A stretch of 50,644 nucleotides of DNA from a virus (Duplodnaviria; Caudoviricetes): positions 1-50,644 of the IMG/VR virus record IMGVR_UViG_3300030107_004028. The stretch is one strand, 5' to 3'. The notes under the pieces were generated by a model. It ran no database searches, was not told the DNA's origin, and saw only the letters and a program-made list of their open reading frames with translations. A program made the translations under genes and the position numbers. Each line of letters opens with the position of its first letter. The first letter of the stretch is position 1. Positions 20,539 to 28,247 of the stretch are shown here, in pieces.

Positions 20539-22401
20539 TTAATATGTAATGTAATTATTAATATATTCTAAATCTACTGGCTTAATTCTTCTCGACTGAT
20601 TATTTACGTTTGTGAAATCTGAAAGTCTTAATAGTCTATGGTTTAAATAGTCTATTGTCTCAAATCTGTTTTTGTTTTCGTCGAATTTTACTACTCTGTT
20701 GATTCTATTGTAACAATCGTATAAATGATTATTTTCTGTCATTTCACTATTGTTTATTTCGTCGAATCTATCTTCAAAATATTGTATGGTGTCAGTAGGT
20801 AATTCAATCATTTTATACATACTATTTTTAGTTATTAGAGGATGATTATCTCTCGACGACGTTCTTTTAAGTCCTAAATTAAGAACGGCTTGTGGAACGG
20901 CGATTAAATCATCTCTATCGTCCTCTGAAAATTCGAGTAAGTCCATTATACCATTCGAAACGTCCTTATACTCTTTTATTGATACGCTACTCCCATTTTC
21001 ATATCCGTTTATTGCTTTTTCATCAGCTTGATAATTATAGTGTTCGTCGTGTAAAAAGATTGCTCTCTCTGATAAATCTTCACTTGGTGAAATACCTTCT
21101 CTAATAGAATTTATATATTTGTTGTATCCTAAAATCGTTTTTGATACATCAAAATCATTTTCTTTTAAAATATTGTCTCCTATTCGTCGTGCCGTGTCAA
21201 ACATCTGTGTCCAAAATATATTCCAATGCAACATCTTTTTTGGATTTAACGTTCCACTATGGTATCTAATCTCGACGCCTCCATTCGCTTGGAATTTAGG
21301 GTGAAAATTTAGTCCGTGGTATCTTTTGTCGTTATACTTGTCGTTTGTATAATTTCCGTTGTCATACCAAAATTGTATAAACTCGTCTCTACTCGTCGCA
21401 TATTTAAACGAGTTCCAACCCTGACTTACGGGATAACTCCAACGTCCTTGTAATCTCGAAGACGGCAAACTTGCAAAAATATGGGGCTCTGATAACTTAA
21501 CAAGCGACGTTAATACTGAACAATGTATCCAATCAAAGTCTCTTGTGTCTATATGTATATGGTAACCACAACGAGAAGAAATAAATCCGTCGATATTGCT
21601 GTTCTTTAAAGTCGAAGTTATTGTCTTCATATCGTCGTAAAAAATATCTCCCCGACGGGGTTGTAACACTAACTCGTGTCCGTATGGACAATCTTCCGAC
21701 GTTATACTTCCGTCGTGTTCAATATGTCCAGTTCCTCTATCTAAACTTTCGTCGTGTAATCTATTTTTGGACGCTAAATTTTTATGTAATAATTTATCAA
21801 TAACGTCTGACGGCACTCCATTATGGTTAAATTCTATTTCGCTACCAACATAACGTTTCGATTTTATCTTTTTAAAGCTGTCTTTTAATTCGTTGTTTGT
21901 ATTATCTATAAAATCTTTTAAAGCGTCTTTATTTAAATTCATATTCTCTAAATTGCCTTGTTCGTCAAAATTATATAATTGTTTCGACGGGTGTATAAAA
22001 TCTCTGTTATTCTCTACAAATTCTTTTTCAAATACCTCCCATTCTGGATAATCGTCGCTATTTTCCATATAACAATATTCGCAAACTGGCTCGTCTCTAT
22101 GGTTAAAATGAATTTCGTCTCTATGAACCTCTGCGTCGCATTCTGCACAACTAGAAAAAGTATCTTCGTAACAATCGTCGCAATAATTTTCTCCGTGCAT
22201 TTCTGAATAACGGCTTGAATCGTTATGTATTTCATCCTGACAACCATAACAAGTAGTAAATTCTTCGTCATAACAATTCTGACAGACGTCTTCGCCGTTT
22301 GATACTCTTATCAAATCTTCTTCCAATACATTCACGTCGTCGCTACAACAATCGCAATTTACTATTCTTACTTGTGTCTCGTCGTTATTTCTTATTGGCA
22401 T
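20539..22401 (-). CDS. Amidoligase (COOH-NH2 ligase, glutamine synthetase-like fold) with N-terminal tandem zinc ribbons
   Basis: VGSEIEF, HDGSI, GHELV, CGYHIHID, RYHGLN, VEIRYHSGT; six CxxC-type pairs in the first ~110 aa. Confidence 0.88.
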   Translation of the reverse strand: MPIRNNDETQVRIVNCDCCSDDVNVLEEDLIRVSNGEDVCQNCYDEEFTTCYGCQDEIHNDSSRYSEMHGENYCDDCYEDTFSSCAECDAEVHRDEIHFNHRDEPVCEYCYMENSDDYPEWEVFEKEFVENNRDFIHPSKQLYNFDEQGNLENMNLNKDALKDFIDNTNNELKDSFKKIKSKRYVGSEIEFNHNGVPSDVIDKLLHKNLASKNRLHDESLDRGTGHIEHDGSITSEDCPYGHELVLQPRRGDIFYDDMKTITSTLKNSNIDGFISSRCGYHIHIDTRDFDWIHCSVLTSLVKLSEPHIFASLPSSRLQGRWSYPVSQGWNSFKYATSRDEFIQFWYDNGNYTNDKYNDKRYHGLNFHPKFQANGGVEIRYHSGTLNPKKMLHWNIFWTQMFDTARRIGDNILKENDFDVSKTILGYNKYINSIREGISPSEDLSERAIFLHDEHYNYQADEKAINGYENGSSVSIKEYKDVSNGIMDLLEFSEDDRDDLIAVPQAVLNLGLKRTSSRDNHPLITKNSMYKMIELPTDTIQYFEDRFDEINNSEMTENNHLYDCYNRINRVVKFDENKNRFETIDYLNHRLLRLSDFTNVNNQSRRIKPVDLEYINNYITY

Positions 22402-22422
22402 AAATTACTCCTACTATTTAAT

Positions 22423-23628
22423 TTAATATGGAATTTCTGTTTGCTCTTCGTCGATATAACAACCACAATGGTTTTTTATTATATCTTCGTCGCAATACAT
22501 ACACGTATCGTCGTATTCTTGCATATCTCCAAACGTTAAATCTTCTTCTTTTACTAAATCTCCGTTCTTTTTGACGTAATACCAACGTTCTTCTTGCTTG
22601 TCTTCAAACCAATTATCGTCGTTTTTTCTATAAGATACTCCATAGTATTGAGAACATTTTTGAAGTTTCCAATTGTTTTCTTCTTCTTTATATCCCTTCA
22701 CAAAATCGTCGTATTGATTTTGAACAACTTTGGAATAATCAAAATCTGACATATCTAATAATTCATTTTTTAAATTACCATTTTCGTCGTAATAATCGTA
22801 ATTATCGTCTCTATATGTCCACTTATCGTAGTCCGTTCCATTCCAAATTGATGAGTAAGAATTTAACTTACTATAATTCACTATCGATACAAACCTACTC
22901 TCATATTCAAATTCCGTCTTAACTCTATTCGTTCCGTTCTTATCGAATTTTGTAACGTCGTAACTATATAATGTATTAGTCTCTAATGGAAACGTATCTA
23001 TATCTAATTCCAATTCCATAAAAGCGTCCTCTAAAAAATCTTCTTCTGACGCATAAAATAATATTTGTCTATCTTCCCAATAACCTATATACAACGGACG
23101 ATTTTCTTCTCTACATAAATGTAATACGTTTATATCGTCTTTAACAAATGCTAATGCAAAGTCGCTATCAAAATGTTTAACGGCATTCTGAATATCTGAA
23201 TTAACGTCGATTGATTTAAATATTAATTGACTATCTACTGGACAATTCTTGCCTAATTTCTTTTGCATTTCGTCGATATTATAAACACAGCCGTTGTGCG
23301 TTCCTATTGTATTACCTACTTGGAACGGGTGTGCGTTGGCTACACTAATTGCTCCTTCCGTCGCAAAACGTGTATGTCCTAATAATATATTATTGTCTTT
23401 TAATTCTTTTAATGCTTGTCGAAAGTGTTTAGATTTCACGAATTTACTGCTTTCGTCTAACGTCTTATAAATCATTGAGTTCGTCCCAATAGTAGCAACT
23501 CCCGACGACTGATTACCTCTAATCTCACTATCTATTGCAATTAATTTAATTGCTTTTTTTAACTTGTTAAAGTCCTTATCTGATAAATCAGACGTCGGCG
23601 ATTTTGCTATTCCATAAATTCCACACAT
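22423..23628 (-). CDS. Class II (Ntn) glutamine amidotransferase with acidic C-terminal extension
   Basis: MCGIYG start, RG..SSG, GHTRFATEG, NAHPF, HNG, DS, RPL, FYASE. Confidence 0.92.
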   Translation of the reverse strand: MCGIYGIAKSPTSDLSDKDFNKLKKAIKLIAIDSEIRGNQSSGVATIGTNSMIYKTLDESSKFVKSKHFRQALKELKDNNILLGHTRFATEGAISVANAHPFQVGNTIGTHNGCVYNIDEMQKKLGKNCPVDSQLIFKSIDVNSDIQNAVKHFDSDFALAFVKDDINVLHLCREENRPLYIGYWEDRQILFYASEEDFLEDAFMELELDIDTFPLETNTLYSYDVTKFDKNGTNRVKTEFEYESRFVSIVNYSKLNSYSSIWNGTDYDKWTYRDDNYDYYDENGNLKNELLDMSDFDYSKVVQNQYDDFVKGYKEEENNWKLQKCSQYYGVSYRKNDDNWFEDKQEERWYYVKKNGDLVKEEDLTFGDMQEYDDTCMYCDEDIIKNHCGCYIDEEQTEIPY

Positions 23629-23656
23629 AATTTTATATCTCCCTATTTAATTTTTT

Positions 23657-23712
23657 TGACGTCGCAGGAAAAAGAGGAAAGTCAAAAAGAGGTAAAAAAC
23701 CTACGACGCCAA
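23657..23712 (-). other. 13-bp RNA stem in the 5' leader of the GATase/amidoligase operon
   Basis: Minus strand UUGGCGUCGUAGG...CCUGCGACGUCAA pairs fully using two G-U wobbles. Confidence 0.6.
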
Positions 23713-23770
23713 TTAATATTGTTTCGACGTTTAAAGTCGACATAATGTATTTTCTCTCTCCCACGCACAT

Positions 23771-23799
23771 AATATAATAATAAAATATGACAATGTCAA
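23771..23799 (-). promoter_or_regulatory. Early promoter TTGACA-17 bp-TATATT
   Basis: aatata 23771, tgtcaa 23794. Confidence 0.7.
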
Positions 23800-23828
23800 G
23801 GAAAAAATACAAAAAGATTTTATCCGTC

Positions 23829-24008
23829 TTAAAGGTATAAATCTTCGTCTTTTTTATCGAAACTCTCGACTAAATCTAACATATCATTATTACGTAATAT
23901 GTCTTTTATTTCGTCGCTCGATATAGCTTTAATAAGCATATCTAAAACCAATTCAGCGTCTAATAATCCACTATCTATTAGACGTAATAAAAGTTTTTTA
24001 TAGTCCAT
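23829..24008 (-). CDS. Small acidic early protein (59 aa, not in ORF track)
   Basis: AGGAG RBS; MDYKKLLLRLIDSGLLDAELVLDMLIKAISSDEIKDIL... Confidence 0.6.
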   Translation of the reverse strand: MDYKKLLLRLIDSGLLDAELVLDMLIKAISSDEIKDILRNNDMLDLVESFDKKDEDLYL

Positions 24009-24047
24009 AACTATCTCCTTCCTTCGTTTAATGTTAAAATTCGTTGC

Positions 24048-24272
24048 CTATAAATATACTTTGTCTTTTTTAATCTTCCAAAAAGTATCTTGTATTGACG
24101 GGATTAATTCCGTCTTCTTATAAATCCACTCCGTCTTTAAACAATACTTATAATCTCCTAATATAAAGTAATTAAAAGAGCTCGAAGAATCAACCTTATA
24201 CGACGATACGGGAAGACTATTTAATTTACTAAAAAATTCCTTTCTTGTAATAGTAATTTTATCTGTCGTCAT
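24048..24272 (-). CDS. Small early hypothetical protein
   Basis: GGAG RBS before ATG 24272. Confidence 0.5.
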   Translation of the reverse strand: MTTDKITITRKEFFSKLNSLPVSSYKVDSSSSFNYFILGDYKYCLKTEWIYKKTELIPSIQDTFWKIKKDKVYL

Positions 24273-24460
24273 AGCTATCTCCATAATCGTCTAAATACTT
24301 TTTAAATCTCGACGTTCTAAATCGTGGGTTAAAGTTACTAAACATAATACATAAGTCCTCGACTAATTCCGTCTTATTGTATAATTTATGCCTAATCAAC
24401 CAATTAGCAATTCCTATAAAATGTCGTTTCGTCATCTCTTACTCCTTTATTGTTTTAATT

Positions 24461-24489
24461 AATATACGTCTTATTTTTAACATTGTCAA
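24461..24489 (-). promoter_or_regulatory. Early promoter TTGACA-17 bp-TATATT
   Basis: aatata 24461, tgtcaa 24484. Confidence 0.7.
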
Positions 24490-24497
24490 GACGTTTA

Positions 24498-24962
24498 TTA
24501 TTTACTTTGTCTGTATAACTTATCGAACGTTGAATCGTTTAATAAATTAAATTTATTGTCCATAAACGTATTAATGTCGTCGCCAATATTTATATTAACG
24601 TCTCCATTTTGTCTGTTAATACGTCTGTGTCTTGTAATTGAATTATTATTAATTACGACTTGTAATAGTATATCTTCGTCGTTTTCTTCTAATAAATCGA
24701 CACATACATAACTAATCTGACGCTTTAAATAATCTTTAACGTCTTTTAAATTATACTTTGGTGACGCAGTTTCTACTGCCAGTCCTTCAATATAATACGT
24801 CGTTATAGTATCAAATGTCCCGTCGTCTCTTATTTGTATTTCAAAAGATAAATCAGGCGTTCCGTCTGTTAAGTCTTGTATGTCGTCTAATACTTTACCA
24901 GTTCCGTCACAACAAGAACAACAAACTAAATCCCTATCTTTTTTATAATCGTCGGCTTTCAT
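24498..24962 (-). CDS. Acidic early hypothetical protein, first gene of the leftward arm
   Basis: GGGAG RBS; downstream of promoter at 25017..25045. Confidence 0.65.
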   Translation of the reverse strand: MKADDYKKDRDLVCCSCCDGTGKVLDDIQDLTDGTPDLSFEIQIRDDGTFDTITTYYIEGLAVETASPKYNLKDVKDYLKRQISYVCVDLLEENDEDILLQVVINNNSITRHRRINRQNGDVNINIGDDINTFMDNKFNLLNDSTFDKLYRQSK

Positions 24963-25016
24963 ATTCTCTCCCGTCGGTTAATGTTCTAATTTTTAATGGT
25001 TTTTTGTCCATAAGTG

Positions 25017-25045
25017 AATATAGTAAATTCTACAATAAATGTCAA
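25017..25045 (-). promoter_or_regulatory. Early promoter TTGACA-17 bp-TATATT
   Basis: aatata 25017, tgtcaa 25040. Confidence 0.7.
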
Positions 25046-25086
25046 TAAAAGAATATAAATAAATTTTATCCGTCGTTTGCGACATT

Positions 25087-25161
25087 GCTCTATCTGGCTA
25101 ATATAAAAAACAATCGTCGAACAATATAGCTCTATCTGGCTTAAATAAAAGCTAATCGTCG
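25087..25161. repeat. Imperfect 42-bp-period tandem repeat GCTCTATCTGGCT...AATCGTCG (related copy GCTCTATCTAGC near 26167)
   Basis: Units begin at 25087 and 25129. Confidence 0.75.
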
Positions 25162-25206
25162 TTAAAAATTGCTATTCGTCGTAGAAAAAAAAAGATTATT
25201 TAATTG

Positions 25207-25387
25207 TTGACATTCTCAAAAAGTCTTCGTAAATTTCAAACTTTTTTAAAATAAATAAAAAAATACTTGCTTTTGTAATTTTAAATCGTTAAATTGCAGG
25301 GTGGACGTGGGCGGGTATAGTAGCTCTAAACGTCGTATAAATAAATATTTAAAAACACTTGCTTTTTAAAAATAACGTCAATATATT
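25207..25387 (+). promoter_or_regulatory. Three tandem sigma70-type promoters, all with 17-bp spacers
   Basis: TTGACA 25207/TAAATT 25230; TTGCTT 25267/TAAATT 25290; TTGCTT 25359/TATATT 25382. Confidence 0.65.
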
Positions 25388-25422
25388 ATAGGGTTACTTT
25401 AATTAATAAAAAGGATATACAT

Positions 25423-25920
25423 ATGAGTTTAATAGAAAAAGGCGTAGAAATAGAGGTAAATAAAACCAAGCCAATGAACACTACACAATGGAAAGAACAC
25501 TTGTCAGGGTTTGAAAGGCGTTGGGATGAGCTTGCTGAAGATAAAGAAGAGCTTAATCTTCTGAAATCTATGGACAAGATGCCAAAAGAAACCATCTCTA
25601 AAAAAGAGAAGAGGATTCAAAGAATGGAAGAGCGTTTGTTGAATGAGCAAGAGCTACATTTTGCCACTTACCACGAAAAAGGTAAGAAGAGAAGAGCATC
25701 ATCTTCCAAGATTGAGGCGTCGATTCTTACTATGTTAGAAGGTAAAGATAAAGAGAAATTGACTGAAATGATTTCAAAGCATAGAAGTCAGGGAATTGCT
25801 ATTACTAAATTCTTACGTGAGAAGAATGTAGTAACAACAAAAACGAAGAACGGAGGAGACGAAGTTGAGGCTTATCCTACGTGCTCTACTAAATGGGACA
25901 ACGATAACGAAGTTTCTTAA
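25423..25920 (+). CDS. Stand-alone charged coiled-coil hypothetical protein
   Basis: AAGGA RBS; own promoters and terminator. Confidence 0.75.
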   Translation: MSLIEKGVEIEVNKTKPMNTTQWKEHLSGFERRWDELAEDKEELNLLKSMDKMPKETISKKEKRIQRMEERLLNEQELHFATYHEKGKKRRASSSKIEASILTMLEGKDKEKLTEMISKHRSQGIAITKFLREKNVVTTKTKNGGDEVEAYPTCSTKWDNDNEVS

Positions 25921-25933
25921 GTAGAGAGAAGAG

Positions 25934-25964
25934 GACGGGACATATTTTTGTCCCGTCTTTTTTT
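25934..25964 (+). terminator. Rho-independent terminator
   Basis: GACGGGACA-tatttt-TGTCCCGTC followed by a T run. Confidence 0.85.
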
Positions 25965-25984
25965 GCCCTTTTTTTATTTTTTTA

Positions 25985-26092
25985 TTGACTTTGTCATTTT
26001 TAAGTGGTAAATTTGAGTAGGGCATACCATATTTTAAGGCGTAAAAAATAATTAAAAAAACACTTGCTTTTTATTTTTAAAACACGTAAATT
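25985..26092 (+). promoter_or_regulatory. Two sigma70-type promoters with no adjacent ORF
   Basis: TTGACT 25985/TAAATT 26008; TTGCTT 26064/TAAATT 26087; both 17-bp spacers. Confidence 0.6.
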
Positions 26093-26096
26093 GGAA

Positions 26097-26117
26097 GGGA
26101 GGTGAGGGAGGGAAGGG
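26097..26117 (+). other. Putative G-quadruplex-forming tract
   Basis: GGG-AGGTGA-GGG-A-GGG-AA-GGG in an otherwise very AT-rich region. Confidence 0.55.
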
Positions 26118-26130
26118 ATAAAATAATAGA

Positions 26131-26150
26131 TGTGGATAACTTGTGGATAA
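26131..26150 (-). promoter_or_regulatory. Two tandem perfect DnaA boxes (TTATCCACA)
   Basis: TGTGGATAA at 26131-26139 and 26142-26150. Confidence 0.75.
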
Positions 26151-26306
26151 CTTTTCGCCGAGTTTTGCTCTATCTAGCATAATTAAAAAATAATTATTAT
26201 AGCACCATCATCTATATAGCACCGTCTTTAGCATTGATTAGGGGTATTTTGATTAAACTCTACATTTTATAGGGGTCGAGGATATAAATAAAAATTACAA
26301 ATAGTA

Positions 26307-26347
26307 TTGACAATAGATAAAAGTATTATTAACTTGTGTTAATTTAA
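26307..26347 (+). promoter_or_regulatory. Promoter TTGACA-17 bp-TAACTT with 22-bp repeat, copy 1
   Basis: TTATTAACTTGTGTTAATTTAA at 26326, repeated at 26626. Confidence 0.65.
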
Positions 26348-26365
26348 CAAATAAAAGGAATTGAT

Positions 26366-26632
26366 ATGAAAGCAAAAGAATTAAAAGAGATACTAAAAAA
26401 TATTCCAGACGATAATCCAATAGGATTTTATATTGTAGGGGTAGAATGGACTGATAAATACGATATTAATTTAGGAAATCCAGAAGTTATTTGTTCTAAT
26501 GGAATAAATGATGAGGGTTGGGTAGATTTTGGATTTCAAATACCAGATTCTATAAATTCAAGAACGATAAACAAAACAAAAATGATATCTGAATTGAATA
26601 AAATACTTGATATTGAAAAAAAGCCTTATTAA
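26366..26632 (+). CDS. Hypothetical protein
   Basis: AAGGA RBS; MKAKELKEILKNIPDD is a common small phage protein start. Confidence 0.65.
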   Translation: MKAKELKEILKNIPDDNPIGFYIVGVEWTDKYDINLGNPEVICSNGINDEGWVDFGFQIPDSINSRTINKTKMISELNKILDIEKKPY

Positions 26633-26647
26633 CTTGTGTTAATTTAA
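26607..26647 (+). promoter_or_regulatory. Promoter TTGATA-17 bp-TAACTT with 22-bp repeat, copy 2
   Basis: Exactly 300 bp from copy 1. Confidence 0.6.
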
Positions 26648-26669
26648 TAAACTAAATTAGGAGTATGAT

Positions 26670-27257
26670 ATGATGTATGATAATGAAATTAATAGAGATG
26701 AACACTATGACGAAGGGAATAGAATGTCTACTATTGCGTGGCGTTGTGGCGACTTGTTGGAAGCTAACGGGTTTAAAGAGCTTAAAACGTCTATTCCGTC
26801 GTTTCGTCCTTACTTATTAAGTAAGTATAATGAAAAATTCTATAGCGACGAATATAAGGAATTTAAGTTAGATAATCCTTGTATAGATATATACTACAAT
26901 AAGCAATTAAAAGTATATGCTACGTTGAACGTAGATACTGAAGTAATATCCTTTGAATATAGAAGCGACAATAACGAGGCATATCTTGGATACTTTGATG
27001 TTGTTGAAAACATAGACGTTCATTGGTTGTTTGGAGATTGGAGGAAAAGAACAAACGATACGGATAGAGGTATAATGGAAGATGTATGTTGTGAACGTGA
27101 TGGTGACGGGTGTTATCACGATACTAATCTATATTGGGCAATAGATACAAATCTAATACGTAATGGACGTAACTTGTTGGTATGGGTTAAAGATAGTGGT
27201 GACTTTGAGAGAAGAATAGAGAAAATAGGAAGAAGTAAATATATGATAGTTAAATAA
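26670..27257 (+). CDS. Hypothetical protein
   Basis: AGGAG RBS; 195 aa. Confidence 0.7.
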   Translation: MMYDNEINRDEHYDEGNRMSTIAWRCGDLLEANGFKELKTSIPSFRPYLLSKYNEKFYSDEYKEFKLDNPCIDIYYNKQLKVYATLNVDTEVISFEYRSDNNEAYLGYFDVVENIDVHWLFGDWRKRTNDTDRGIMEDVCCERDGDGCYHDTNLYWAIDTNLIRNGRNLLVWVKDSGDFERRIEKIGRSKYMIVK

Positions 27258-27278
27258 TAGTCATATCATACCACGCTG

Positions 27279-27329
27279 AACGCCTTGCTTCGTCCCTAAC
27301 GGCTACTATGGGACGTTGTAGGGCGTTTT
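27279..27329 (+). terminator. Long imperfect hairpin, probable terminator
   Basis: AACGCC...CGTCCC...GGGACG...GGCGTT then T run, after ORF 26670..27257. Confidence 0.5.
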
Positions 27330-27690
27330 GTGTCAAATCCATTTTCGATTTTCAACGTAATTCTCTATTTTGCAAAATCTAAAAGACCCGACGCCCTTGT
27401 GAAATACAAGAGGCACACACAAAATCTTGCATTTTTTTGAGAATGGGATGTTTTTTTCAACTTTTCTGTAAAATTTCGGGGAAATACTCTGAAATAATAT
27501 TTTTTTCTTGATTAAAATTATTTTTTTTTGGAAAATTTGTCGCGTTACTCTGAGTATTGAGTATTAAGGATAAATAAGATAGTAAAGATTTATTTTTTTA
27601 AGAGCACCGAGTATTAAAGGTAAACATTTTCTTTTCCTTTTGTCAACATCTTTTTGAAATTATTTATTTTAAACTATTTTCATTTAGTTG

Positions 27691-27720
27691 TTGACTTGTG
27701 TATTAATATAAGTGTAACTT
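27691..27720 (+). promoter_or_regulatory. Promoter TTGACT-18 bp-TAACTT opening the rightward arm
   Basis: ATG 27730 follows after 9 nt with no SD sequence. Confidence 0.6.
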
Positions 27721-27729
27721 ACGTACACA

Positions 27730-27957
27730 ATGGCTGAAAAACCATCAAAAGAACAACTAATTGAAGAAGCAGAAGCTATCATAGAAAAGCACTTCGAACA
27801 AGTACCTCATCTGGGAGAACCAAACGAAGAAGCACTGAATGGTCTTAGAAGAGAAGTTTTGAACGGAAAGCTCAAAAAAGAAAGAAAAAAATATGAAGAT
27901 GCAATCGAATGGATAAGAAGAAAAACAAAGAAACGCTTCGAGAAGGGAGAAAAATGA
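27730..27957 (+). CDS. Hypothetical protein
   Basis: 75-aa charged ORF, ATGA-coupled to the next gene. Confidence 0.6.
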   Translation: MAEKPSKEQLIEEAEAIIEKHFEQVPHLGEPNEEALNGLRREVLNGKLKKERKKYEDAIEWIRRKTKKRFEKGEK

Positions 27958-28247
27958 AACTAAATATAGGTGGACACGAATATACTATAGAAGAAAGAAC
28001 ATTAAAAGCAAGTGACTCTACAAAAGAGCTATATGGCAGTCATTTAGTAAAAGATAATGTAATTTTTATTAATAAGGACATAGCACAATCAAGAAGGAGA
28101 GAAACCTTGATACACGAGGTCTTGCACGCCGTTTTTTACAACAGAGGCATAGAACACGATGAACCATTAATAGAAACCCTATCAAATGGGCTGCATCAAT
28201 TAGGAGTAGGAGACTATTTATGGAAAAAAGCACGAAAAAAATCATAG
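27954..28247 (+). CDS. HEXXH zinc metallopeptidase-like protein
   Basis: ETLIHEVLHA...HDE; ATG 27954 after GGGAG. Confidence 0.75.
   Translation: MKLNIGGHEYTIEERTLKASDSTKELYGSHLVKDNVIFINKDIAQSRRRETLIHEVLHAVFYNRGIEHDEPLIETLSNGLHQLGVGDYLWKKARKKS

Noticed and set aside
25087-25180. Mini CRISPR array
   Set aside because: Only two or three short degenerate units, and the intervening sequences resemble each other rather than being unique spacers.
25000-27700. tRNA or other known structured RNA genes in the large intergenic regions
   Set aside because: No cloverleaf with T-loop and D-loop consensus recognised by eye; tRNAscan-SE or Infernal would be needed to exclude them fully.
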